Both the position numbers and the translations under genes were made by a program. From an uncultured Methanospirillum sp. (GTDB lineage Archaea > Halobacteriota > Methanomicrobia > Methanomicrobiales > Methanospirillaceae), in the NCBI GenBank assembly GCA_964637135.1, contig CAZWTX010000022.1, positions 1 to 43,411 on the forward strand: 43,411 nt of DNA. The letters run 5' to 3'. Numbering within the stretch: the stretch's first letter is position 1; each line of letters opens with the position of its first letter. Below are positions 8,630-18,492 of this stretch, piece by piece. The notes under the pieces were generated by a model. It saw nothing but the letters and a program-made list of their open reading frames with translations, was not told where the DNA came from and did no database searches.

Positions 8630-9430
8630 ATGGATCTCATCCTCCTCGTCCTTGCCCTCGTGGTCACCGGCATCATTGCCGGTCTCTCTTCAGGAATGCT
8701 CGGCGTCGGGGGGTGTTTCATCATGGTACCGGTCCAGTACTGGCTTCTCACCCTGCAGGGGATCGAACCGACCATAGCAACGAGAGTCGCCTTCTGCACT
8801 GGTCTTGCCGTCACGCTTCCCACCGTCATCAGCGGGGCATGGGGGCATTCACGAAAGAATGCCGTGAACTGGCATGCAGCCCTGCCGATGGGGATGGGTG
8901 GGATTGCCGGAGCCGCTGCCGGGGCCACGCTCGGATCCCATCTGCCCGGAGAGATCCTCAGGCTTGTTTTCGCCGTACTTGTTCTCCTCTCCGCTGCCAG
9001 GATGTTATGGAACGTCAGGGAATGTGAAACCTGCCGGTTCAGGCAGTCCCTTCTCCTCTCCGTTCTTATCGGATGCGGAATCGGGATTCTCTCCGGGATC
9101 GGCGGAATCGGAGGAGGGATCATCCTCGTTCCAATCCTCATCTTCCTCCTTGGCTATCCGGTTCACCGTGCAATCGGAACCTCCGCTGCATGTATGATAT
9201 TCACCTCAGCCGCAGCGGTGACCACTTATCTCATCAGCGGGGCCGGAGTGTCCGGGCTTCCGCCATATTCCATCGGGTATCTCGACCTGCTCCAGTGGAT
9301 CACCCTTACGGCAACAACGGTCCCGTTATCACAGGTAGGGGTACGATTTGCCCACCGTTGTCCGGCGGTCGTGCTCCGGCAGATCTTTGCGGGAGTCATG
9401 GTGGTCATCGGAATTCTTATGATCCTGTGA
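8630..9430 (+). CDS. TauE/SafE (TSUP) family membrane transporter
   Basis: Duplicated G..SG..G.GGG motifs, AIGTS, about 8 hydrophobic segments. Confidence 0.88.
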   Translation: MDLILLVLALVVTGIIAGLSSGMLGVGGCFIMVPVQYWLLTLQGIEPTIATRVAFCTGLAVTLPTVISGAWGHSRKNAVNWHAALPMGMGGIAGAAAGATLGSHLPGEILRLVFAVLVLLSAARMLWNVRECETCRFRQSLLLSVLIGCGIGILSGIGGIGGGIILVPILIFLLGYPVHRAIGTSAACMIFTSAAAVTTYLISGAGVSGLPPYSIGYLDLLQWITLTATTVPLSQVGVRFAHRCPAVVLRQIFAGVMVVIGILMIL

Positions 9431-9495
9431 ATAAAAACCAAAAACGCTACCGGTTGATACAGGTTCACAAACGGGTACCAGGGAACTCCTTTTTT

Positions 9496-10161
9496 TCACA
9501 CACGCAGCCGCATCACCGTTGCATGTTCCGGGCAGACCGGGACACAGAGCCCACATCCAAGGCAGGAGGCCGGATCGTAAACGAATGCATCATCCTGAAA
9601 CCTCCGGGCACCAAATACACATCTATCGATGCAGAGGCCACAGGAAGTGCACCGGTCAACATCAGTTTCTGTAATGTAATCTGACCGGGCAACAAGATCA
9701 GTACGGCTGTACCTGAGCAGTAACTGGAGATCATGGCAGCAGCAGGCACAGCAACTGCATACTGCGTATATCTTCTGTCCGGGCATGTAGAGGGTAAGAT
9801 GGACAAGACCACTCTCGTCAGCAGCCCTCAGCCGGTCAGAGGCCTCTGATAGAGAGATTCTGCGGGCTTTTCCATGGGATACCGCCTTGTCAGCCAGGTC
9901 ATCAACCAGGAGACAGACATCCCTGGGTTTATCGCACCGCTGGTAATGAGTTCTGCAGGTACAGTCAGTCAGGGCAAAGGATCGGGCATCCCGTAGGATC
10001 TTCAGAACCTGTTCCTCCGGGAGTACCCACTGCCCGGGTGTGAACGATTTCTGCACCGGAATAACCCGGGAGGAGACCGTGAAACTTCCATCCTTTCTCC
10101 ATTCCCCATACTTGTCTGCATATCCTTTCAGGAACGTATCCATCGGACTTGCATCATTCAT
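9496..10161 (-). CDS. Polycysteine 4Fe-4S binding protein
   Basis: CTCR..C..C and CSCCACCC motifs plus two C-terminal ferredoxin motifs (CTSCGLCIDRC, CLGCGLCVPVCP). Confidence 0.85.
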   Translation of the reverse strand: MNDASPMDTFLKGYADKYGEWRKDGSFTVSSRVIPVQKSFTPGQWVLPEEQVLKILRDARSFALTDCTCRTHYQRCDKPRDVCLLVDDLADKAVSHGKARRISLSEASDRLRAADESGLVHLTLYMPGQKIYAVCSCCACCCHDLQLLLRYSRTDLVARSDYITETDVDRCTSCGLCIDRCVFGARRFQDDAFVYDPASCLGCGLCVPVCPEHATVMRLRV

Positions 10162-10193
10162 CTTCGGGATCTCCTCTCTTCAGGCCGAAGTAA

Positions 10194-10763
10194 TCAGTTC
10201 TTCTCCATCAATGCCCGGCCGGCATTCCATGCCTTCCCGACCGGATCCCCGATGGTCCAGTACATGTTATCAGGCATCGTAAGGAGGAGCGGATTTATCT
10301 TTTTCGGGTCCGGTTTGTTGTCAGTCAGGCAATTCTCATCAAGATGGGTTCCTACGATCTCCCCGATTACGCCGGTATGGGTCTTGAATTCGTGCGATTC
10401 CACGACCCGGCACTCGAACGAGAGCGGGCATTCACGGATCAGCGGTGCACCGGGAATGCTGCCGTAAAAGATCCCGAAGAGAGGGGATTTGTCAACATGA
10501 TGTCCTGATACCATTCCACAGTAGTCTGCCTTCTCCACCATGGCAGCTGACGGAAAATTGACACTGAAGACACCAGATGCAAGCACGGCCTCCCGTGTTG
10601 CACTTCTTTTGTTCAGAGCCATACTGATGAGCGGGGGGTCCATGTTCACCCGGGAGATGAAAGCAACGGTCATAAAATTCGGGCGGTTGTTCACCATGGT
10701 TCCAATCAGGGTTACCGGCATGGGACAAATGGTGGCATTGGTTCCAATCGAGACTTTTTCCAT
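10194..10763 (-). CDS. Flavin reductase-like protein (flavoredoxin)
   Basis: PMPVTLIG, FSVNFPS, ADYCGMVSG, APLIRECP.SFEC, GEIV; start re-assigned to ATG 10763 (MEKVSIG) behind GAGGA. Confidence 0.88.
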   Translation of the reverse strand: MEKVSIGTNATICPMPVTLIGTMVNNRPNFMTVAFISRVNMDPPLISMALNKRSATREAVLASGVFSVNFPSAAMVEKADYCGMVSGHHVDKSPLFGIFYGSIPGAPLIRECPLSFECRVVESHEFKTHTGVIGEIVGTHLDENCLTDNKPDPKKINPLLLTMPDNMYWTIGDPVGKAWNAGRALMEKN

Positions 10764-10782
10764 CGTTGTATCCTCATTACAC

Positions 10783-10866
10783 GAGGTACCCGGATTTCCT
10801 GGTACTTCATGCGATACATAGGTATCACGATATAAAATAATATACATTCAGGTAATTTTTTTATAC
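10783..10866. promoter_or_regulatory. Divergent promoter region with two TATA-like boxes and two inverted repeats
   Basis: Minus-strand TTTTATA (10831-10837); plus-strand TTTATAC (10860-10866) about 28 nt before ATG 10894; inverted repeats at 10783-10808 and 10811-10828. Confidence 0.55.
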
Positions 10867-10893
10867 GCCACAGGGGTACGATTCTATACTACC

Positions 10894-11691
10894 ATGCGCA
10901 AGGATGAGATAGAGGAGCGGATCGTACAGCTCGAACAGGAGGTCAGGATCCTGAAAGCCGATCACCGGGACGGTGTCGATACTATCCTGCTCGAGATGCA
11001 GAAGATGCAGGGTTCCATTATCGAAGAGCGGATAGAGGTTCTTCGCGAACGGATCATTGACGGATACGAGAAGATCTTCATGGATCTGATGCTCAAAAAT
11101 GCACAGCACAATCTTGATGCACAGTGCCGTGATCCCTGTTCACGCAACAGACGGGATGAATGCAAAGAGTTCCTGCTTGCCAGGCTGAAAGTGGCAGCCC
11201 TAAAGGAACAGGATCCGGATCTCCACCTTCCTCCCGGCCGCGAGACGATAAGTGACCGCACACTCGTACAAAAAGCCCCGTTTCTCGTCGAAGAACCATG
11301 TAATACCTGCTTCTCCGCCTATCTCAATGAAAAAAAACAGATTACCCAGACTCTCGGACTCATCAGGGAGAGCAGGGAATCACTGATACCTGCCAGGGTA
11401 AAACCGTTCATCTCTGATCTCCCCGGTGATTTTGTTATCTCCTCGCTGGTTGAACCGCTCTCCCACAAACACCGGTTCACCATGCTGCAGGCGCTCTCAA
11501 CCGGCAGTCTGAGTTTCAAAGAGCTGGGAACGCTGATCGGATCAAAGGGGGGTCACCTCCTTTATCATCTCACAAAACTTCTCGATGCCGGTCTCGTGAT
11601 GAAAACCGATGGTGGGAAGAGATATACCATTACGGAGAAGGGAATCGGCGTAATGGATCTCATCAGGCAGTTGTATTCGAAGGACTCGTAA
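10894..11691 (+). CDS. ArsR-like winged-HTH transcriptional regulator with Cys-rich N-terminal domain
   Basis: C-terminal PLSHKHR..L..SFKEL..GGHLLYHL..L...G...Y.IT.KG wHTH; N-terminal coiled coil; five Cys in CRDPC..C and CNTC. Confidence 0.82.
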   Translation: MRKDEIEERIVQLEQEVRILKADHRDGVDTILLEMQKMQGSIIEERIEVLRERIIDGYEKIFMDLMLKNAQHNLDAQCRDPCSRNRRDECKEFLLARLKVAALKEQDPDLHLPPGRETISDRTLVQKAPFLVEEPCNTCFSAYLNEKKQITQTLGLIRESRESLIPARVKPFISDLPGDFVISSLVEPLSHKHRFTMLQALSTGSLSFKELGTLIGSKGGHLLYHLTKLLDAGLVMKTDGGKRYTITEKGIGVMDLIRQLYSKDS

Positions 11692-11773
11692 CTGATTTTT
11701 CTACGGGAACACGATCTCCCTGAAGAGATCCTGTCCGCAGGGTATCATACCCGTGGGAGAATATGGGAATCCC

Positions 11774-11782
11774 AAAAAAAAA
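11774..11782 (-). terminator. T9 tract terminating the gltX transcript
   Basis: A9 on + strand immediately downstream of the gltX stop, in a convergent gap. Confidence 0.55.
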
Positions 11783-11784
11783 GG

Positions 11785-13473
11785 TTACCGGTGAGTGAAA
11801 TACGCACCGATTCCGTCATCTGCCGAGTCTATCCTGACAAACCCGACCCGCTCGAACTGGAGCACCCGTCCGATCCATTCTGCTGCCTCGGGTTCACAGA
11901 CGCCGATCATATCCCCGTCAGCCTTCCGGATCACACAGGATTTCCCGTATCCTGCCGGAAGCCACTGGATAATAGGGGCTTTTGCCTCCCTGGCCTGCTG
12001 GAGATCGTCCCCCGCATAGGTGGCCTTCAGGGATGAACCCTCACGGGACAGACTGATGTTAAAGAGATCCTTCAGCCTGACCATCGAGGCACCGGTGATC
12101 TCTGATGCCGGGAGGACGACCTCACCGGTGAACGGGATCGCACGAAAACCACGGGATTCGTCACCCGGGTACCGCATGGCCTGTGCCACGAGCGGCTCAG
12201 CACCCTCGATCTTCACGGAGACCGGGTCCGGCACGAAGAAGAACCGGTCTGCCTGTGGATCCACGATCTCCTTGTTCTTTGCGTAGAGGTTCTCCCAAGA
12301 GAACTGGATATCCGTCTCGCCGATTCCGATATCAATCACGGCATTACGGACCGCTTCCGGCTGGATACCCCGTCTGGCCATCGCCCGGAGGGTGCCGAGG
12401 TGGACGTCGTCCCAGCCGGTGTATGTTCCGGCCTGGATACCGGCCCGCATCTCGGAGGTGGAGAGGACAACCCCGTCGATCCCCATCCGGCCGTAATGCC
12501 GGAACACCGGCATCTCCCAGCCCATGTGCCGGTAGATGTACTCCTGGCGTTTCGTGTTGGCGATATGATCCTTGCCCCGGATCACATGGGTCATCCCGAG
12601 AAGGTGATCATCCACCGTGACCGAGAGGTTCATGAGCGGGTAGACGATCGTCTCCGGTTTTCGCAAATGTTTCGTCGAGGTCAGTACCCGGAAGAGGGGG
12701 TAATCACGCATTGCCGGGTCCGGATGGTCAAGATCGGTCTTAAGCCTGACACCGACCTCTCCCTCGGCGAACTTCCCGTCAAGCATCTGGTCGAAGAGTT
12801 CAGCTGCCTCCTCCACGGTCTGGGACCGGCAGGGACAGGCAGTCTTGTGCATCTTCAGATCCCTGAAGTGCTCATTGTCGCACCGGCAGACATATGCCGC
12901 TCCCTGTTCGATCAGCTGTCTGCCGATATCGTAATAGATCGGGAACCGGTCAGACTGGTAGATGGTATCGGTAATCCCAAGGCTCATCCACCCGATATCT
13001 TCCGGAACCATCCGGTAGGCTTCCGGGTCAACCCGCTTCGGATCGGTATCCTCGATCCGGAGAATGTATTTCCCCCCGTACCTGCGGACATATTCGTCGT
13101 TCAGGTAGGCAGCCCGGGCATGACCAAGGTGGAGCGGACCGGAAGGATTCGGGGCAAACCGCATCACAACCCCGGACTCGGCCCGGGGGAGATCGGGAAG
13201 ACCGTGTTTCTTCTTCTCCTTCTTCTCAAAGAGTCCGGCGTAGACGTCAGGAGCGATCTCTTCGAGCCGAATCTCCCGCTCCTCGTGGGAGAGGGATTCG
13301 ACCTCGGCGAGCACCTCTGAAAGCCGGTTCTTGATCTCTCCGGCACGCGACCGCAGGTGTGGGCTGCTCCCAAGGACAAAACCCATTACCGCCCCGGCTG
13401 ACGGGACGCTCCTGTGTTTTACCGCGTTCTGGAGAGCAGCAACAAGGAGACTTTCCCGGATCTCGTCACCCAT
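11785..13473 (-). CDS. gltX: Glutamate--tRNA ligase (archaeal type)
   Basis: RFAPNPSGPLHLGH, RIEDTDP, HVIRGKDH, QFERVGF. Confidence 0.96.
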   Translation of the reverse strand: MGDEIRESLLVAALQNAVKHRSVPSAGAVMGFVLGSSPHLRSRAGEIKNRLSEVLAEVESLSHEEREIRLEEIAPDVYAGLFEKKEKKKHGLPDLPRAESGVVMRFAPNPSGPLHLGHARAAYLNDEYVRRYGGKYILRIEDTDPKRVDPEAYRMVPEDIGWMSLGITDTIYQSDRFPIYYDIGRQLIEQGAAYVCRCDNEHFRDLKMHKTACPCRSQTVEEAAELFDQMLDGKFAEGEVGVRLKTDLDHPDPAMRDYPLFRVLTSTKHLRKPETIVYPLMNLSVTVDDHLLGMTHVIRGKDHIANTKRQEYIYRHMGWEMPVFRHYGRMGIDGVVLSTSEMRAGIQAGTYTGWDDVHLGTLRAMARRGIQPEAVRNAVIDIGIGETDIQFSWENLYAKNKEIVDPQADRFFFVPDPVSVKIEGAEPLVAQAMRYPGDESRGFRAIPFTGEVVLPASEITGASMVRLKDLFNISLSREGSSLKATYAGDDLQQAREAKAPIIQWLPAGYGKSCVIRKADGDMIGVCEPEAAEWIGRVLQFERVGFVRIDSADDGIGAYFTHR

Positions 13474-14435
13474 CAGTATCCCCTGCGGATGAAGTAATAG
13501 GCGAGATCGGCGAGAAGCTGCTTCTCGGTTGAATCTCTGAGCATGAAAAGCCCGGAAACGGCATCAGTAACCATCTTTTCCGCATAGGCCCGGACATCGG
13601 GGATGACGCCCTTGTTCTCAAGCAGGGCAATCAGGGCTGCTATCTCATCCGGAGAAAGGGCACGGCGGTACGGAGAGAGATCGATCCCCTTTTCCTTTGC
13701 CGTGATGGCGATCAGGGTCTGTTTTCCTTCCCTGATATCAGATGCCTGGTCTTTCCCTGACTGATCGGCCGGTGCCGTGAGATCAATCAGGTCGTCCTGG
13801 ATCTGAAACGCTGCCCCGATCCGGCACCCATATGCATAGAATGCATCGGTAACCATCGGATCGGCACCGGCAAGCATAGCACCGATAGCAGCGGCTGCCC
13901 CATACAGGACACCGGTCTTCTTCGTGACCATGTCCAGGTACTCTTCCCTGGAAACATCCTGTCGCTGCTCAAACGACATATCCAGATTCTGACCTTCACA
14001 AATCTCCTCGCAGGTGATTGCAAGCATGCTCGTTGCCCGCACCTTCGCCTCCGGATCTGCATCGACATTGCAGATCAGGGAGAATGCCCTCGCATATAGG
14101 ACATCTCCGGCAAGAATGGCTGCCGGCTCCCCCCAGAGTGTATGGACAGTCGGTTTACCCCGCCTGTACTCGTCCTGGTCCATGATATCATCGTGGATGA
14201 GGGTAAAATTGTGGGTTACCTCCAGGGAGAGGCCGGCTGAGAGAATCCGGGATGAAGAGCCCGGAGTGACGGCATCTGCGGCAAGCTTGAAGAGGACCGG
14301 CCGAAGCCGTTTTCCCCCGGCAAAGAGGAGGTGATTTGCCGCCTTCGAAAGTTCAGTCTTCGGGCTGCCGTAGTGGCGATCAAGAAGTGCGTTCACTTCC
14401 GCTGCCGTCGATTTCAGATAGGTCTCCAGGTCCAT
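13473..14435 (-). CDS. idsA: Geranylgeranyl diphosphate synthase (polyprenyl synthetase)
   Basis: GGKRLRP, FARM HDDIMD..RRG, KTG, SARM FQIQDD. Confidence 0.92.
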   Translation of the reverse strand: MDLETYLKSTAAEVNALLDRHYGSPKTELSKAANHLLFAGGKRLRPVLFKLAADAVTPGSSSRILSAGLSLEVTHNFTLIHDDIMDQDEYRRGKPTVHTLWGEPAAILAGDVLYARAFSLICNVDADPEAKVRATSMLAITCEEICEGQNLDMSFEQRQDVSREEYLDMVTKKTGVLYGAAAAIGAMLAGADPMVTDAFYAYGCRIGAAFQIQDDLIDLTAPADQSGKDQASDIREGKQTLIAITAKEKGIDLSPYRRALSPDEIAALIALLENKGVIPDVRAYAEKMVTDAVSGLFMLRDSTEKQLLADLAYYFIRRGY

Positions 14436-14444
14436 AATATCCCA

Positions 14445-15782
14445 TCACGCTAGTTTCTGGCGTTGTCCGTTCGTCATCAGGAAGAAGTCTTTATTGAGCT
14501 CGTACCCGCATTCCCGGGAGAGATCCAGGTACTCGGAAGTGATGTCAATACCACCGTGGGCTGCAATCACGAACTGCGGGGTCAGGAGATGCAGGAACTC
14601 GTAATGATCCTCGCAGTAGGCGTGACCGCTCACATGCAGGTCATCGAATATCCGTGCTCCCTGGCTTTTGAGCATAGTAAACATCCGGTACCGCTGTGCA
14701 CGGTTCATATCGTTCGGGATCAGGTTGGCACTGATCATCACCTTGTCACCCCGTTCAATCTTGTACGGCGTGTCATTCTGTGCGATCCTGGTCAGGATCG
14801 ATCCGGGTTCTCCCTGGTGACCGGTCACGATCGGTACGTACTGTTCCTTCCCGGTCTTGATCAGCCGGCGCAATGTCCGCTCGACCACCCGTCGGTTTCC
14901 AAAGACGCTTGTTGTCTCCGGGAACCGGACATATTTCATCTGTTCGGCCGTAACACAGTAGCGTTCCATCGACCTTCCGAGGAGAAGCGGTTTTCTCCCG
15001 ATTTCATGGGCGCATTCAGCGATCGTCTTGACACGGGCGATATGGGATGCAAACGTGCTCACGATGAGGGCACTCTTGTCATCCTCATAGCTGGTCATCA
15101 CGTCCCTGACCATGTTCTTTGCGATCTGTTCGCTCGGGCACCTGCCTCTCCGGCCAACATTCGTCACCTCGGCAATCAGGCAGAGAACACCTTCCTTACC
15201 GATTTTTGCGAGTCTGGCAAAGTCCGGAGGTTCGCCGATCACCGGGTTTCTGTCCAGCTTGAAGTCAAGAGCATAGACGATCGCTCCCTTCGGGGTATGT
15301 AGCACAACCGTTGCCGTATCGATGATACTGTGCTGGGTCCGCACCATCTCGACCGAGAGAGTATTCGAGATATTGTACCGCTGGCCGTACTTGATCGGGA
15401 AGAGCTTGTTGTTGACCCCGAACTTCTTCTCGCCTTCAATCTGCTGCTTGACTAGTTCAATGGTATATGGCGTTCCGACGATCGGGGCATTATACCGGTG
15501 GGCAAGTTTTGGGATCGCACCGATGTGGTCAAGGTGACCGTGGGAGAGGACAATCGCCTTGACCGTCCCTTCCAACTGGTTCATTACCGTATCATCTGGA
15601 ATAACCCCCATCTGGATCAGGTCCAGTGAATGGGTGTTCTCCATCTCGACATCCGGGTTCATCATCAGGGAATCAAGCCTGATTCCCATATCAAAGATGA
15701 CAATTTCTTTTCCGCAGCGGATGGCGGTCATGTTTCGACCGAATTCGCTATAGCCACCGACTGCAAGGACTTCTATGTCCAA
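14445..15782 (-). CDS. rnj: Ribonuclease J (beta-CASP)
   Basis: GG.SE.GRNMT, HGHLDHIG, TGHQGEP, HVSGH; TTG start. Confidence 0.92.
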   Translation of the reverse strand: MDIEVLAVGGYSEFGRNMTAIRCGKEIVIFDMGIRLDSLMMNPDVEMENTHSLDLIQMGVIPDDTVMNQLEGTVKAIVLSHGHLDHIGAIPKLAHRYNAPIVGTPYTIELVKQQIEGEKKFGVNNKLFPIKYGQRYNISNTLSVEMVRTQHSIIDTATVVLHTPKGAIVYALDFKLDRNPVIGEPPDFARLAKIGKEGVLCLIAEVTNVGRRGRCPSEQIAKNMVRDVMTSYEDDKSALIVSTFASHIARVKTIAECAHEIGRKPLLLGRSMERYCVTAEQMKYVRFPETTSVFGNRRVVERTLRRLIKTGKEQYVPIVTGHQGEPGSILTRIAQNDTPYKIERGDKVMISANLIPNDMNRAQRYRMFTMLKSQGARIFDDLHVSGHAYCEDHYEFLHLLTPQFVIAAHGGIDITSEYLDLSRECGYELNKDFFLMTNGQRQKLA

Positions 15783-15794
15783 TTATATTCCTCC

Positions 15795-16865
15795 TTATTC
15801 TTTCTGCATAAGCATCTCTCGTATCCTGCCGGTCGCATACCAGCGGGTATCCTTCAGTTCCGATACCCGGGATCTCCCCGTCAGGAAGAGTGCAACCCTG
15901 AGCTGGTGGTGAATGGTACGGATCGTCTCGCAAAGGGTATCAATTCCCTCGCACGCGGGCTTGAGCAGGGGAAGTGCCATGCCGCCGAGAGATGCACCCA
16001 TCGCAAGTGACTTGGCGATATCGATTCCTGTCCGCAGGCCACCGCTCGCGATGACCGGGCCGCCACAGGATGCAACCTCGTGCAGGCTGACTGCCGTCGG
16101 AATTCCCCATTCTCCGAAGAGTTTCCCGAGATCGGAGAGCCGGTTCCCGGCTGGTTCATTGCCGTTTTTTGCCCGGTGACTCTCGATGACTGCCCATGAA
16201 GAGCCGCCAAAGCCACCGATATCTATCGCAGCAGCTCCGGCTCCGAAACAATCACGGGCCGTCTCGTATGATATTCCACACCCGGTTTCCTTGACAATCA
16301 CCGGAACCGGTAGCTCACGGCAGATCTCCCTGAGGGCATCAAGACATCCGGTCGCATCATGGTCACCTTCCGGCTGGATAGCCTCCTGGAGAAAGTTCAG
16401 GTGGATTGCTATGGCATCAGCATCGATCATGCTGACTGCCTCCTCCACCCACCCGATTCCGTGATCCCTGACCTGAATGATCCCGAGGTTTCCCACGATG
16501 AAGGCATCCGGTGCGGTATCTCTCACGATCGAGAACGTATCTGCAAGCTCCGGATGCTCAATTCCTGCCCGCTGGGATCCTACCCCGATTCCGAGGGAAA
16601 ATTCCTGTGCTGCCTCGGCAAGCACGGCATTCACCTGCCGGGTCTCCGGATGACCACCGGTCATCGCAGAGATGAAGAGCGGGGAGCCGAGTCTTCGTCC
16701 GAGGAACACTGTCCCAAGGTCCAGCCGATCCATGTCGGTATCAGGCAGGGCATTATGAACCAGCCGGATATCTTCAAACCCGGTAAATCCTGATTCAATA
16801 TCTTCATCGCGGCAGATCCGAAGATGATCAAGTTTCCGCGAAGAGGTGAATTCTTTCTTTATCAT
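15795..16865 (-). CDS. fni: Type 2 isopentenyl-diphosphate delta-isomerase
   Basis: RKLDHL, SAMTGG, GSQRA, HLN.LQE..QPEG, KETG.G. Confidence 0.95.
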   Translation of the reverse strand: MIKKEFTSSRKLDHLRICRDEDIESGFTGFEDIRLVHNALPDTDMDRLDLGTVFLGRRLGSPLFISAMTGGHPETRQVNAVLAEAAQEFSLGIGVGSQRAGIEHPELADTFSIVRDTAPDAFIVGNLGIIQVRDHGIGWVEEAVSMIDADAIAIHLNFLQEAIQPEGDHDATGCLDALREICRELPVPVIVKETGCGISYETARDCFGAGAAAIDIGGFGGSSWAVIESHRAKNGNEPAGNRLSDLGKLFGEWGIPTAVSLHEVASCGGPVIASGGLRTGIDIAKSLAMGASLGGMALPLLKPACEGIDTLCETIRTIHHQLRVALFLTGRSRVSELKDTRWYATGRIREMLMQKE

Positions 16866-17629
16866 GCCTGCTCCGCAAGGACCCGTGTCCCATGATGATC
16901 TGTCCCGGCAAGAAATGCCGGAACTTCACTGATGTGAAATATCTCTGATGTAATGCCGATATCAGCAAGACTGAGCAACTCGGCGATCTTTCCTTCCATA
17001 CCCCCGGTCACATCCACGTGACCGGATTGTCCAATCTCAACGGTATGCGCCATGGAGCGACGCAGCTCCCTCACAACTGATCCGTTCGCATCAAGCAGAC
17101 CGGCAACATCGGTTGCAAGCCCGACCCGGTTCATCCCGAGTTCTTTTGCAAACACCCTGATCAGCTGATCACCGGAAACAATGCATGCTCCCCGTACAGT
17201 ATCCATCACGACATCACCATGCATCACCGGAATCACCCCAATTGAGAGCATCCGGTCCAGGTGACCGGTCTCGTAGGAGATGAGTCTTCCGTCTTCTGCC
17301 AGGCATCCGTGGAGTGGGTGAATCGGAACGGCCTCCAGCCCGGCCCTGCGAAGGGCCGATACCACTTCCCGGTTCAGGGATGCCACCGCATCATGGGTCT
17401 CAAAGATTCCGGTCCGGTTTTCCATCGTGACACCGACATCAAGATGATATTGCTTTGCCTGCGGATGACCGCATGATCCGGCACCGTGTACGATGAGAAG
17501 CGGGAGATTCGGGTAGCGTGCGATCTCCCGGGCGATACCCGCGAGGACATCATACCGGATCTCTGTTTTGCTGGCCGCCTTATCGGTGATGACGCTTCCG
17601 CCCAGCTTGAGCACTATCCTGTTATGCAT
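16862..17629 (-). CDS. ipk: Isopentenyl phosphate kinase
   Basis: LKLGGSVITDK, VHGAGS.GH, HGDVV, SGDQ, DVTGGM..K; start re-assigned to ATG 17629. Confidence 0.92.
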   Translation of the reverse strand: MHNRIVLKLGGSVITDKAASKTEIRYDVLAGIAREIARYPNLPLLIVHGAGSCGHPQAKQYHLDVGVTMENRTGIFETHDAVASLNREVVSALRRAGLEAVPIHPLHGCLAEDGRLISYETGHLDRMLSIGVIPVMHGDVVMDTVRGACIVSGDQLIRVFAKELGMNRVGLATDVAGLLDANGSVVRELRRSMAHTVEIGQSGHVDVTGGMEGKIAELLSLADIGITSEIFHISEVPAFLAGTDHHGTRVLAEQA

Positions 17630-18491
17630 CCTTCTCTTTCCGCAGTCCCTCGGTATCCATGCAGGTGATGATCGCCCGGCCGTCAAAGACCTCAATGGCA
17701 CCGGCAATCCGTGCACGGAGGTTTTTTGGTGCAAGGGCAACCATACATCCGCCTCCTCCTGCACCGGTTATCTTGGCCCCGAATGCTCCCGTAGCCCTGC
17801 AGGCGAGCACCAGGCGGGAGAGCTGCGGGTGGCCGACTCCGATCGCTTCAAGAAGCGAATGGTTCATATCCATGAGCCTGCCCAGGTATGCCGGTTCGTC
17901 CAGGTGTTTCATCGCATCGAGCGTGATTGCCTCGATCGCATCCACGAGGGGCGTGCATATCGCCGGGTTCTTCTGCCTGAAGTCAGCGACCTTCTCAACC
18001 ATCCGTGAGGTGGAGTGAGAGATCTGTGAATTCCCGACCACGAGGTGGTAATTCTGCGGGGCAAGTCGTTTGCGGTTTCCTTCCTTGATGAGGAACATCC
18101 CGCCATAGGTCGAAACGGTGGTGTCAGTCGGGCTTGCACGGCCTTTCTGAACCCGTTTCTCGATCTTGTAGGCGATTTCGGCGATCTGATCTTTTTCTTT
18201 TCCCAGACCGAACTCGTCGTTGATCGCAGCCAGGGTTGCCACGGTCACGGCTGCAGATGACCCGAGACCAGATGAACTCGGGAGCTGGCTGTTGATGTAT
18301 ACACTTCCCTTTACGCCAAGTTCCCGGAAACACTGGTCAATATATGGAGATTTTGCGTGATGAGGATTATTTGCCTTTCTGACCGTTACATAGACACGAG
18401 GCCGTATCGCGAGTGCAATCCCGGGTTTGCCAAAGACCACCGCATGCTCTCCAAAGAGGAAAACCTTCCCGGGTGCACTCCAGGTTGCCAC
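17622..18491 (-). CDS. mvk: Mevalonate kinase
   Basis: SAPGKV.LFGEHAVV, GLGSSAA, KITGAGGGG (GHMP kinase); GTG start. Confidence 0.94.
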   Translation of the reverse strand: MATWSAPGKVFLFGEHAVVFGKPGIALAIRPRVYVTVRKANNPHHAKSPYIDQCFRELGVKGSVYINSQLPSSSGLGSSAAVTVATLAAINDEFGLGKEKDQIAEIAYKIEKRVQKGRASPTDTTVSTYGGMFLIKEGNRKRLAPQNYHLVVGNSQISHSTSRMVEKVADFRQKNPAICTPLVDAIEAITLDAMKHLDEPAYLGRLMDMNHSLLEAIGVGHPQLSRLVLACRATGAFGAKITGAGGGGCMVALAPKNLRARIAGAIEVFDGRAIITCMDTEGLRKEKDA

Positions 18492-18492
18492 C

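Noticed and set aside
12400..13320. 306-aa plus-strand ORF and other long antisense ORFs (14463-15302, 20565-21326, 31424-32197, 42136-43110)
   Set aside because: Shadow frames opposite well-supported genes; no recognisable motifs
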